A program made the translations under genes and the position numbers. Shown here piece after piece: positions 10,054 to 19,194 of a stretch of 64,000 nucleotides of DNA. Position 1 is the first letter of the stretch. Each line of letters begins with the position of its first letter. The notes beneath the pieces were generated by a model. That model was not told where the DNA came from. It ran no database searches and worked only from the letters and a program-made list of their open reading frames with translations. This DNA is from Dehalococcoidia bacterium (GTDB lineage: Bacteria > Chloroflexota > Dehalococcoidia > Bin125): the NCBI GenBank assembly GCA_963663895.2, contig CAXXRD010000001.1, positions 608,001-672,000 on the forward strand, written 5' to 3'.

Positions 10054-10554
10054 CTAAGGTGCCAGTGCGCGCAGCACCCGAGGAGGGAGAAACTCCAAGA
10101 GTGCGCCGCGTCCCTCTGCCGGCGCGCCCCAGCACTGCACTCTTGCCACGCCGCCCTTCTTCCACTCCGCGGTCATTGCGCGCGCCGAGCCAGCGAGCAG
10201 ATACGCCAGCACCTCACTGAGCAACGGCTCATGTCCCACCACTCCCACGCTGCCTCGCCCGCGTTGCTCCGCGAGCACCCGCACAACACTGGCGGGATCC
10301 CCGATCGCCAATGCCTCGCAGGGCGTCGGCGGCGGCCAGCCCGCTTCGGCGTGCGCGATCTGCGCCGTCTCCCATGCCCGCTCATATGGACTCGAAAGGG
10401 AAACTTCCACCGCTGCCCCTAAGGCGCGCAAGCCCCGGGCCGCGGCTCGAAAGCGACGCCGTCCTCGATCCGTCAGCGGCCGGAGCGAATCATCCGGCCA
10501 GGCTTCCGCGTCGCGCTCGGCCGCGATGGCATGCCGGACCAAGTAGATCTCCAC
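10054..10554 (-). CDS. sixA: Phosphohistidine phosphatase SixA
   Basis: IYLVRHAIA, RPLTDRG, SSPYERAWETA, VVGHEP, KKGG. GTG start at 10554. Confidence 0.88.
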   Translation of the reverse strand: MEIYLVRHAIAAERDAEAWPDDSLRPLTDRGRRRFRAAARGLRALGAAVEVSLSSPYERAWETAQIAHAEAGWPPPTPCEALAIGDPASVVRVLAEQRGRGSVGVVGHEPLLSEVLAYLLAGSARAMTAEWKKGGVARVQCWGAPAEGRGALLEFLPPRVLRALAP

Positions 10555-10558
10555 GCGC

Positions 10559-12151
10559 TTAGGACTCCTGGAGTGCCGCCCGGAGCGTCCGCCACCGCTC
10601 CTCCCGCACCCGCGCATACGCCGACGGGAAAGCGAGACGCAGCTCCAGTATCTGCACCCGATATCGCTCCAGCACCTCGCCCATGGCGAGCACCGTCCGC
10701 GGCGGCAGCTCCGTACCTTCCTCCTCTGCGATCATCCGCAGCCGCCCTATCGCCACGGCAGCGTCTTGGTGCGCGCCCAGGACCTCTTGCAAGCGCCGCA
10801 GCGCCCGTGCCAGCCGCTTCGCCGCCCGGCCGTACTCGTCCGACATACACTCCAGGGCGTAGCGCAGTCGCTTCCCGCGGATCCGCAAGGCGTGATACGC
10901 GCTCGCAGGGGAATCCACAGCGATCGCGTCCCCTTGCCTGCGCACCGCGCGCAGATACGGGCGCAGCAAGCCCGGCAGCGCCTCACGCGCGGGCGTCAGC
11001 GCCGCCGCCGGCGCGCGCGCCGGCCCTTCTCGAACGAGATCCGTCATCCCCGCTCCGAGCCGCGCGTATCGCTCCGAGTTCAAGGCCTGCAGCATCCCCG
11101 CCCGCGCGACACGCCGCTCGGCTTCCAGTAACGGCCGGAGCGACTCGAAAGCCGCCCGTTCGTCGGCTTCCGCGGCCTCTTGCCACGCCTCCAACTGTTC
11201 CAGCTGCACATCCGTATCGCGTACCGCTCCCAACTCTGCGCCAAGCCAGCGCAGCTCCCGCCGCACAGCAGCGCTTTCACCCGGCAAGCACCGCTGAAAG
11301 AGACGCAACGCCGCGCGCAGGCGGCGCACCTGGACGCGCATGCGATGCAGCGCCTCAACGTCGTCGCCCAGACGCGTACCCGGCTCTTCCTCCAGCAGAG
11401 AGCGCCATTGCTCACGGAGAGCTGCGAATGCCACCTCTCCCACGGATCCCTCCGGCAGTCCCCGTCGGGGGGTCAGATCCCGGCCCACCAGCGGCCGCAG
11501 CCCGGCCAACGCCAACCCGAGCTCGTACTTCGACTGCGTCGCCGGCCGGATCGTGCAGTCCTCCTGCAGAGCGTCCACGAGAAGCCGCAGCGCTGCTTCA
11601 TGTCCCTCCGCCACCTCCACTTCCACCCGTTGCAGATGCCCGGATACGCGACGTCCTTTCACGAGCACCGCCGATGTGTCGAGCGCGATCTCCCCGGCAA
11701 CGGCGCCATTCGCCTCGACCGGGAGCGCTTGCCGCAGCATCCGGAGCTCGAACAAGGGCCGCAGGGAGCGCACGCCAAGTGCCCGCAGCCGCTCTCCCAC
11801 CGGGCCGGGGGCATCCAACAGCGTCCCCGGCTCCGCCGTCGTGACGCGTTCGCTGATCTCTACCCGACTCCTGAGCGCCCCGCTCGCCTCACCGAAGGAC
11901 TTCAACGTCGCCGTGATCCGTCCCTCGCTGCTACGCAGGCGCAACGCGTACCGGCTTCGGTACACCCGCCAATCGTCGCTGTCTAAATACAGGTCGCCGA
12001 TCTTCCGCTGGACCGGCGCCGCGGCGCGCAAGGGCGGCGGCAACGACGGCGACAGGCACCAGGCACGAACCGCGCTCAGGTCCGCCGCGTCGAATTGCCA
12101 CTCGACTTCGCGCTCGCCATCGTTTCGGATCCGCGGGGATACCTTCGTCAC
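10559..12151 (-). CDS. CYTH + CHAD domain protein (polyphosphate-binding)
   Basis: N-terminal CYTH (EREVEWQF, DLYLDSDD, ALRLR, EIALD, VEVE, SKYELGL). C-terminal CHAD (EALHRMRVQVRRLRAAL, LGAVRDTDV, HALRIRGKRLRY, LQEVLGAHQD). Confidence 0.9.
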   Translation of the reverse strand: MTKVSPRIRNDGEREVEWQFDAADLSAVRAWCLSPSLPPPLRAAAPVQRKIGDLYLDSDDWRVYRSRYALRLRSSEGRITATLKSFGEASGALRSRVEISERVTTAEPGTLLDAPGPVGERLRALGVRSLRPLFELRMLRQALPVEANGAVAGEIALDTSAVLVKGRRVSGHLQRVEVEVAEGHEAALRLLVDALQEDCTIRPATQSKYELGLALAGLRPLVGRDLTPRRGLPEGSVGEVAFAALREQWRSLLEEEPGTRLGDDVEALHRMRVQVRRLRAALRLFQRCLPGESAAVRRELRWLGAELGAVRDTDVQLEQLEAWQEAAEADERAAFESLRPLLEAERRVARAGMLQALNSERYARLGAGMTDLVREGPARAPAAALTPAREALPGLLRPYLRAVRRQGDAIAVDSPASAYHALRIRGKRLRYALECMSDEYGRAAKRLARALRRLQEVLGAHQDAAVAIGRLRMIAEEEGTELPPRTVLAMGEVLERYRVQILELRLAFPSAYARVREERWRTLRAALQES

Positions 12152-12287
12152 AAGACAGACAGCATAACGATCTTGTCGCTTGCCCGTGTCGCTCGTCCGC
12201 AGTCAACCGTTGATTGCCGGGAGATACAGCGACCGATCGAATCCGGCGGCTCGACCGAGAGACTCCACCTCGTTCGCCCGCAACGCC

Positions 12288-13031
12288 TCAGCCGTCGGCG
12301 GCCAGCACCTCGGCCTGTGCAAAGTCAGCTTGAGCCGCGTCCGCCTCGCCTAAGCGGTCGTGGATCTCACCGCGGGTCCGATAGGCCATCGCAAGGGCGG
12401 GATCCAGTCCGATCGCCTCGTTGGCGTCCGCAAGGGCTCGGGCAAGATCGTTCTTCGCAAGGTATGTCCTCGCACGCGCGACGAACGTCTCCGCGACATC
12501 ATTGTTCAGCAATATTGCGCGGTCAAAGTCGACAAGCGCGGCATCCATATCTCCGAGATCCAGATAGGCAAGCCCGCGAATCTGATGCACGACTGCCAGC
12601 ACAGCGAACGAACAGGGCGCGCGGTGAGGTGGCCCGTGGGCGATCCGAGGGCAGCGTGTGCCGACTGGCCCGATCGTGATCGCACGATCGGCATCCGCAA
12701 CCGCGCCCAGCGAATCCCCTTGGAGAAGGCGGATCTCGGCGCGGTTGCTGAAAGCAAACGGCAATCCGTCATCGGCCGCGATCGCACGATCGAAGTCCAC
12801 CAACGCCAACTCTATTCGATCCATCGATCGATAAAGCTCCCCGCGATCGTTATAGGCGAGCGCGAACTCGTCATTGCTGGCGATCGCATCGCTGAAGGCC
12901 ATGATCGCACCGGCGAAGTCTCCTTGCTTGCGCAATTCCACCCCGCGTTCGTAGTCGGCCTGGCCTGGGGTACCGCAGCCCACGAACAGAACCGCGAGTC
13001 CAGCTATCACAACGAGCGGTATGCGTCGCAT
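12288..13031 (-). CDS. TPR-repeat lipoprotein
   Basis: Signal peptide with lipobox LFVG-C, then several AYNDRG...ALVDFDRAI-type TPRs. Confidence 0.8.
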   Translation of the reverse strand: MRRIPLVVIAGLAVLFVGCGTPGQADYERGVELRKQGDFAGAIMAFSDAIASNDEFALAYNDRGELYRSMDRIELALVDFDRAIAADDGLPFAFSNRAEIRLLQGDSLGAVADADRAITIGPVGTRCPRIAHGPPHRAPCSFAVLAVVHQIRGLAYLDLGDMDAALVDFDRAILLNNDVAETFVARARTYLAKNDLARALADANEAIGLDPALAMAYRTRGEIHDRLGEADAAQADFAQAEVLAADG

Positions 13032-13358
13032 GGGGACCGCTTCCTTCGTCCCACACGCGGCCCGCGCGCGGACGGCTCATTCTACGAGATCGGGCTGCGG
13101 GTCCCGATACCGAGCGGTGTGTTCATCATGAGATGGACGCAGACCGGCGGACTCGTGAGGGCGGCCCGCACCTGCCGGAACGCATCCACAAAGGGCTGTC
13201 GCTGGTTCCAAACTCGTCTTCGCTCCACCGCCCGACGTTGCACCGTCCGCCATCGACCCGGATCAGAGCCAACAGCCGAGCCTGCTCCACTTACCGCGAG
13301 CCGGGACGGACCGGCGCGACGGTTAACTCTCCCTCCGAGACCTACTATCGTGTGCGCC

Positions 13359-14348
13359 ATGGAACCGACCGAGGCCCAACTCGTCGAAATGTTCCGGCGG
13401 ATGGTGCGGATCCGGGAATTCGACGAGCGCGCCGGCCTGCTTTTGGAACGCGCGATCGTGCCCGGAGCCGTGCACCTCTACGTGGGGGAGGAGGCGGTCG
13501 CCGTGGGCGTCTGCGCGCACCTCAACGACGACGACTACATCACCTCCACACACCGCGGGCACGGCCACCTCATCGCCAAAGGCGGCGATCTCGGCAAGAT
13601 GTTCGCCGAGATATACGGCAAGGTCACGGGTTACTGCCACGGCAAAGGCGGATCGATGCACATGGCCGATCAGTCCCTGGGCATCTTGGGCGCGAACGGG
13701 ATCGTCGGCGCCGGTGGGCCGATCGCAGCGGGCGCAGGCTATACCTGCAAATTCCGCGATCAAGGGCAGGTGACCGTGTGCTTCTTCGGCGACGGCGCCG
13801 CCGCCGAAGGATCGATGCACGAGGCGGGCAACCTGGCGGCCGTCTTGAACTTGCCGGTCATCTTCGTCTGCGAGAACAACCTCTACGGCGAATTCGCTCG
13901 CGTTGACGAGCACCACGCGATCAGCGACATCGCCGACATGGCGACGGGATGGGGCATGGCCGGCGCAGTGGTCGACGGGATGGACGTGCTCGCCGTCTAC
14001 GAGGCGGCCGGCGAAGCCGTCGCCCGCGCCCGCCGGGGAGAGGGGCCCACCCTCCTGGAGTGCAAGACCTACCGCTTCTATGACCACCTCGGTCGCGATT
14101 ACGGACTCACCAAACGGCCCGAAGGCGAGATCGCGCACTGGAAGGCCCGCGATCCCATCATGCGTCTCGGCGCGGCTCTCGCGGATCGCGGCCTGATCAG
14201 CGCGGCCGATCAAGGGCGGATCGTGGAGGAGACACGCGCGGAGATCGAAGCGGCGATCGCGTTCGCGCAAGAGAGTCCGGAACCGGCGCCGAGCGCGCTC
14301 CTCGAGGATGTGTACGTGCCCGAGCCCGCCGGGACCACCAACGACTAG
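13359..14348 (+). CDS. TPP-dependent 2-oxoacid/acetoin dehydrogenase E1 alpha subunit
   Basis: HLYVGEEA, STHRGHGH, GKGGSMH, FFGDGA...ENN, ECKTYR. True start is ATG 13359, inside the 12360 ORF. Confidence 0.92.
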   Translation: MEPTEAQLVEMFRRMVRIREFDERAGLLLERAIVPGAVHLYVGEEAVAVGVCAHLNDDDYITSTHRGHGHLIAKGGDLGKMFAEIYGKVTGYCHGKGGSMHMADQSLGILGANGIVGAGGPIAAGAGYTCKFRDQGQVTVCFFGDGAAAEGSMHEAGNLAAVLNLPVIFVCENNLYGEFARVDEHHAISDIADMATGWGMAGAVVDGMDVLAVYEAAGEAVARARRGEGPTLLECKTYRFYDHLGRDYGLTKRPEGEIAHWKARDPIMRLGAALADRGLISAADQGRIVEETRAEIEAAIAFAQESPEPAPSALLEDVYVPEPAGTTND

Positions 14349-14360
14349 TGTAAAAACGTA

Positions 14361-15344
14361 ATGTCGGAAAAGCTCTTCAGCCAGGGCATCGTCGAAGCGC
14401 AGGCACAGGAGATGCGCAGCGACCCCACGATCTTCGTCGCCGGCGAAGATATCGAACTGGGCGGCGTATTCGCGACCGCCAAGGGGCTGCGCGAAGAGTT
14501 CGGCTCACGCGTCTTCAACACACCGATCGCCGAGGCCGCCATGACGGGGTTGGCGATCGGAGCCGCCGCGACCGGGATGCGGCCCATCGTCGAGATCATG
14601 TTCATGGACTTCATGACCGTCGCCATGGACCAAGTCGTCAACCAGATGGCGAAGATGCGCTACATGTTCGGCGGCGAGACACGGCTTCCCCTCGTGCTGA
14701 TTACCCACGCCGGCGCCGGACATCAGAACGCCGCCCAGCACAGCCAGAGTTTGGAAGCCTGGTTTTGCCACGTCCCCGGGCTGAAAGTCGTGTGGCCCTC
14801 GGACCCCTACGACGGGAAAGGGCTCATGATCGCCGCGATCCGCGACGACAATCCCGTTATCTACATCACCAACAAGCTTGCGCTCGGCACGCGCGCGGAT
14901 GTCCCGGACGACGCCTACACCGTGCCGATCGGGAAAGCGGCCGTGAAGCGAGAGGGAGAGGACGTGACCGTCGTGGCGGTGGGAGCGATGGTGCCCGAAG
15001 CGATCAAGGCCGCTGACGCCGTTGCCGAGCGTGGTCTGAGCGTCGAGGTCGTGGATCCGCGGACCCTGTCCCCGCTCGATACGGACACGATCGTGCGCTC
15101 GGTGCGGAAAACCGGCCGCGCGATCGTCGCGCACGAAGCCGTGCAGTTCTGCGGCTACGGAGCAGAAGTAGCGGCGCAGATCGCCCAACATGCCTTCGAC
15201 GAGTTGGATGCCCCCGTGCTGCGCGTCGGCGCACCCTTCAGCCCGGTGCCCTTCAATCCCAACTTGGAGAGGGCGTGGCTGCCGGGTGCGGAGGAGATCA
15301 TCGCGAGCATCGAGCAGCTCCTACCCGCGGGAGCGAGCGCCTAA
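14361..15344 (+). CDS. TPP-dependent 2-oxoacid/acetoin dehydrogenase E1 beta subunit
   Basis: GEDI, NTPIAE, RPIVEIMFMDF, AQHSQSLE, DPRTLSPLD. Confidence 0.92.
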   Translation: MSEKLFSQGIVEAQAQEMRSDPTIFVAGEDIELGGVFATAKGLREEFGSRVFNTPIAEAAMTGLAIGAAATGMRPIVEIMFMDFMTVAMDQVVNQMAKMRYMFGGETRLPLVLITHAGAGHQNAAQHSQSLEAWFCHVPGLKVVWPSDPYDGKGLMIAAIRDDNPVIYITNKLALGTRADVPDDAYTVPIGKAAVKREGEDVTVVAVGAMVPEAIKAADAVAERGLSVEVVDPRTLSPLDTDTIVRSVRKTGRAIVAHEAVQFCGYGAEVAAQIAQHAFDELDAPVLRVGAPFSPVPFNPNLERAWLPGAEEIIASIEQLLPAGASA

Positions 15345-15426
15345 GCTTCATGACGACGCGGCTCCGAACGCTGCACCCGCGACAACGGTCCGCCCGATCG
15401 GGCGGATCCGCCTAGCGCAAATCCAG

Positions 15427-17250
15427 TTACGAATCCCGGGCGGCACGCACACGCGCCGTGGCCTCTTCATCCACGGCCAGCGTCTCCGGTCTCTTCGGAT
15501 CCCCCCGAACCACCACGCCGTACACACGACGGGCACGCGGGATGCCGACAAATCCCTCGATCACGTCGTGGAGCACGCGCGCGGGACGCCGTCCGAACGG
15601 ATCGCCGTAGCCCCCGCCGCCGTCGGATAGGGAAAGGATCCGCTCACCGACCTCAATCCCCTGCTCGCCGACGATATCAGGCAGCCGTACGCGGGACCCA
15701 TCCCGTTGGATCAGATACGCCTTGGACCCCAGCGCGGCAGCGCCGCCCTGCACGCCCTGGGGCGCGTGCTGCATCCCGTCCATGGTGTAGTGCACGGTGA
15801 GCGGATCCCAGCGCGGCCCGTAAACGCAGATGTTGCCCGGCGCACCGCGCTGCCGCCCTGCCCCCTCTGAATCGGGGCGGATGGACTTCTGAAAGACGAC
15901 AAAAGGATATTTCTGTTCAACCACCTCCGTCTCGTCGATATAGAGGAGGCCGCCCGCCCCCGCCGAGCTGAACGAGAGCCAACCATCCACCTCTGCGCTC
16001 CCGGGGCCGCCCGCCGTGCCACTGAACAGTTGCAACAAGTAGGGCTCATCGCGCTCCCGGTGATGGCCGGAAAGCACTCCCATGAACGGTCCTTGCCCGA
16101 AGCAGGCTTCGGCGAGGCCGATTCCATCGCGGAGCCGCCCGAAGGCCGCGAAGATCATCCCCTGCGTGCGACTCGCGACGGTCGTCGTCGCCATTGAGCA
16201 CGAAGTGGGGTGACGTGGAATGCCAACCGCGCAATTCTCCCGCAGCAGGACGGTGAATCGCCGAAAGGCGCCAGCGTTCTGCGGCACGGCGTTCACGCGC
16301 GCGCCGGGTCTCGAATTGAGCACGTTGAGGACGCCCGCAATCGCGGCGTTGCGCGCAGTGGACTCACTCAGGTTCAAGCCGGTAGCCGTGCAGTCCGGAT
16401 TGTCTCGCAAGTCGACCGTCACCCGGCGAGCAGCGGGGTCCACGTCGATCTCTGCCTGGATCGTGAGGCCTTCCTCCGGAAAGCCGGGGAACGGATCGAC
16501 GGTGGTGCGCGCCCGTACCTTTCCGGCGGGGAGCCGGCTAATCGCCTCCACGGTGAGCCGCTCGCTGTAGTCCAGCCACCCGCAGATGAAGCGCTGGACG
16601 GCCGCCAGTCCGAACTTGGCGCAGAACTCCTTGAGCAGCTGCTCGCCCACCCGGGCCGCCGCCAGCATCGCCAGATAGTCCCCATACCAAATCTGGGGAG
16701 CGCGGATCCGCTTCTGGCACATGCGGACGATGTCGCCCACGTCCCGATACTGCTGCTGAATCCGCACGCAGGGGAAGATCAGGGCACCCTCGTTGTAGAC
16801 ATCCACGGCGGTCGGGATGTAGGTGCTCGGAAGCGCGTTGCCGATATCCGAAAGGTGCGCCTTCACGCACACCGTAAAGATGTGGGTCCCGGCGACGAAA
16901 ACCGGAACGATAATGGTGTGGTCGGCAGGGTGGGAGCCGCCAATGTAGGGGTCGTTGTGGAGAAAGGCATCGCCAGCCGCGAACTCGGGATGCAGGTCCG
17001 CCATCGACGCGCAAATCGGGCTCGATCCGAACACGTGCACCGGCATCCCTTCAGGAGCGGCGATAAGATTGTGGGCAGCGTCGACGAGGGAGCACGAGAA
17101 ATCGCGCGCCACAAGCGTGGTCGAGCGGGCCGTGCGCACGAGCGTGTTGGTCATCGCGCGGGTGATGCCATCGAGACGATTGGCCATGACGAGGAGCTGG
17201 ACCGGATCCAGCTCGTCCGCGTCACCGGCAAGGCCTGTGGGTGCTGGCAT
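15427..17250 (-). CDS. Hydantoinase B/oxoprolinase-family subunit (paralog 1, canonical PVH type)
   Basis: RDFSCSL, GMPVHV, HNDPYIGGSHPAD, AHLSDIG, DSEGAGRQRG, GGGGYGDP. Confidence 0.9.
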   Translation of the reverse strand: MPAPTGLAGDADELDPVQLLVMANRLDGITRAMTNTLVRTARSTTLVARDFSCSLVDAAHNLIAAPEGMPVHVFGSSPICASMADLHPEFAAGDAFLHNDPYIGGSHPADHTIIVPVFVAGTHIFTVCVKAHLSDIGNALPSTYIPTAVDVYNEGALIFPCVRIQQQYRDVGDIVRMCQKRIRAPQIWYGDYLAMLAAARVGEQLLKEFCAKFGLAAVQRFICGWLDYSERLTVEAISRLPAGKVRARTTVDPFPGFPEEGLTIQAEIDVDPAARRVTVDLRDNPDCTATGLNLSESTARNAAIAGVLNVLNSRPGARVNAVPQNAGAFRRFTVLLRENCAVGIPRHPTSCSMATTTVASRTQGMIFAAFGRLRDGIGLAEACFGQGPFMGVLSGHHRERDEPYLLQLFSGTAGGPGSAEVDGWLSFSSAGAGGLLYIDETEVVEQKYPFVVFQKSIRPDSEGAGRQRGAPGNICVYGPRWDPLTVHYTMDGMQHAPQGVQGGAAALGSKAYLIQRDGSRVRLPDIVGEQGIEVGERILSLSDGGGGYGDPFGRRPARVLHDVIEGFVGIPRARRVYGVVVRGDPKRPETLAVDEEATARVRAARDS

Positions 17251-17382
17251 CGCACATCCCTCGCTGTGCGGAGCAGGCTAGCAAGCGCCCGCGAGCAAGC
17301 GGCGCGGTCTGTGTAGACTCTCGCCGACGCAGGGTTCGACCGATCCCCGCTCAAGAGCGGCGGGGCGAGTGAGGAAGGTGCG

Positions 17383-19176
17383 ATGACGGATTCCGGGAGT
17401 ACCTCTCAAATCGATCCGATCACGGTCGAGGTGATCCGCAGCGCCTTCATCGCCACCTGCAACGAGATGGCCTTGACGGTGGCCAAGACCGCCTATTCGA
17501 CGCCCGTGAACGAAGGCAACGACCTCGCCACCGGCCTCTACGACCGCGACGGCAACCTGGTCGCCCAAGGCGAGTTCGACCTGCCGGCCTTCGTCGGCCT
17601 GACGATCCTGACCGTGCCGGAGATCATGCGGATCATCGGCCCGGAGAACATCGAGCCGGGCGACATCTACATGATCAATGACCCCTATGTGGCCACGACG
17701 CACTGCAACGACATTCATTTCATCAAGCCGATCTTCCATGCAGGCGAGCGCGTGGGGTTCGCTTCTTCCACGGCGCACTGGTCGGACGTCGGCGGTGTCG
17801 CGCCGGGGACGCTGAACACCGCCGCCCGCAGCCACTACGAAGAAGGGATGCGTATCCCCGGCGTGGCGCTCTACAAGCGCGGGGTCTTCAACGAGGACAT
17901 CGTCTCGCTCTTGCTAGTGAACATGCGGCAGTCCTGGGAGCGGATCGGCGACCTCAACGCGCAGCTCGCGGCCGTTCGCGCGGGTGAAGCCCGGCTCTTG
18001 GCCCTGACCCGGAAGCACGGCCCCGAGGCCGTGCAGGCGACGATGGACGCCGTCCAGGACCACTCCGAGCAGCTCGCGCGCGCCGCCTTCCGCAGCCTCC
18101 CGGACGGCGTCTACACGGCGGAGGATACGGTCGATCAAGACCAGTACACCGGCCAGCCCAAGACGATCCGCCTCACGCTGACGATCGAAGACGACCACGC
18201 GACCTTCGACTACACGGCCAGCGACGGCCCAGCGCTCTCCGGCATCAATGGAACGATCGCAGGGACGACCTCCGGCACCTTCATCGCGATCGCTTCGATC
18301 TTGCCGCCCATGCAGATGAACGCAGGCGTCATGCGCGCGATCGACCTGCGAGCGAAGCGGGGGTCGATCGTATGGGCGCAACCGCCGGTCGCGGTCTCCG
18401 TCATGACGATCACCGTGATGGACTGCGTGATCGGCGCCGCCACGCTCGCGCTCGGGAAGGCCCTGCCGAAGCGAGCCGTGGGCATGGCCTCCGGCATTCT
18501 GAATTCCACCTACGCGGGCGTCGACGATCGCCCCGGCTTCGAGGCGCCCTTCATCAATTACACCTGGGCGTTTGGAGGGATGGGGGCCGCGCGGGATCAC
18601 GACGGTCCCAACTGCACCGCGCCGCCATTCGGCGCGGCCGTCTCCAACATCCCCTGCGAGCTGCAAGAGCGCCGCTACCCGATCCTCTACCGCCGCTCAA
18701 GCGTGCTGGCCGACTCCGGCGGACCGGGACGCTCGCGCGGCGGCGCCGCGCTCAACACGATCGCGGAGTTTCCTTTCGGCGCGGTCCGCAACGCCGGGCT
18801 CTCCACCCTCGGCAACCGCGAGCAATTCGGCCCGCCGGGCATCTTCGACGGCGAGACCGGCCAGCTGGCTCGGCTTTCCCTCAACGACGGCACCGAGAGC
18901 GAGCGCCACCTCGGCACGACGGCCACCAACGCCCCGGTCGGCACGGGAGACGTGCTGACCTTTCGCACCAACGGCGGCGGCGGCTTCGGCGACCCATTGG
19001 AGCGGCCGCCGGAGCGCGTCCTGGAGGATATTAAGGACGACTATGCAACGCCCGCCGGCGCGCGCGAGCAATACGGCGTCGTCGTGAAGGAGATCGACCG
19101 GCGCAGGGTGCACTACGAAATCGATCGCGAAGCGACCGCCGAGCTGCGGGTAGCGATGCGCGCCGCACGCGGCTAG
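17383..19176 (+). CDS. Hydantoinase B/oxoprolinase-family subunit (paralog 2)
   Basis: DPITVEV, NDPYVATTHCND, AHWSDVGG, DSGGPGRSRGG, GGGGFGDP. Confidence 0.9.
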   Translation: MTDSGSTSQIDPITVEVIRSAFIATCNEMALTVAKTAYSTPVNEGNDLATGLYDRDGNLVAQGEFDLPAFVGLTILTVPEIMRIIGPENIEPGDIYMINDPYVATTHCNDIHFIKPIFHAGERVGFASSTAHWSDVGGVAPGTLNTAARSHYEEGMRIPGVALYKRGVFNEDIVSLLLVNMRQSWERIGDLNAQLAAVRAGEARLLALTRKHGPEAVQATMDAVQDHSEQLARAAFRSLPDGVYTAEDTVDQDQYTGQPKTIRLTLTIEDDHATFDYTASDGPALSGINGTIAGTTSGTFIAIASILPPMQMNAGVMRAIDLRAKRGSIVWAQPPVAVSVMTITVMDCVIGAATLALGKALPKRAVGMASGILNSTYAGVDDRPGFEAPFINYTWAFGGMGAARDHDGPNCTAPPFGAAVSNIPCELQERRYPILYRRSSVLADSGGPGRSRGGAALNTIAEFPFGAVRNAGLSTLGNREQFGPPGIFDGETGQLARLSLNDGTESERHLGTTATNAPVGTGDVLTFRTNGGGGFGDPLERPPERVLEDIKDDYATPAGAREQYGVVVKEIDRRRVHYEIDREATAELRVAMRAARG

Positions 19177-19194
19177 CGCCGCGCGTCTCCCGAC

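Noticed and set aside
13077-13253. Short minus-strand ORFs between the TPR gene and E1 alpha
   Set aside because: No RBS or recognisable motif. Likely a divergent promoter region.
12360-13358. N-terminal 333-aa extension making a 662-aa 'E1 alpha fusion'
   Set aside because: It is the antisense frame of the TPR lipoprotein gene plus intergenic DNA. E1 homology starts at ATG 13359.
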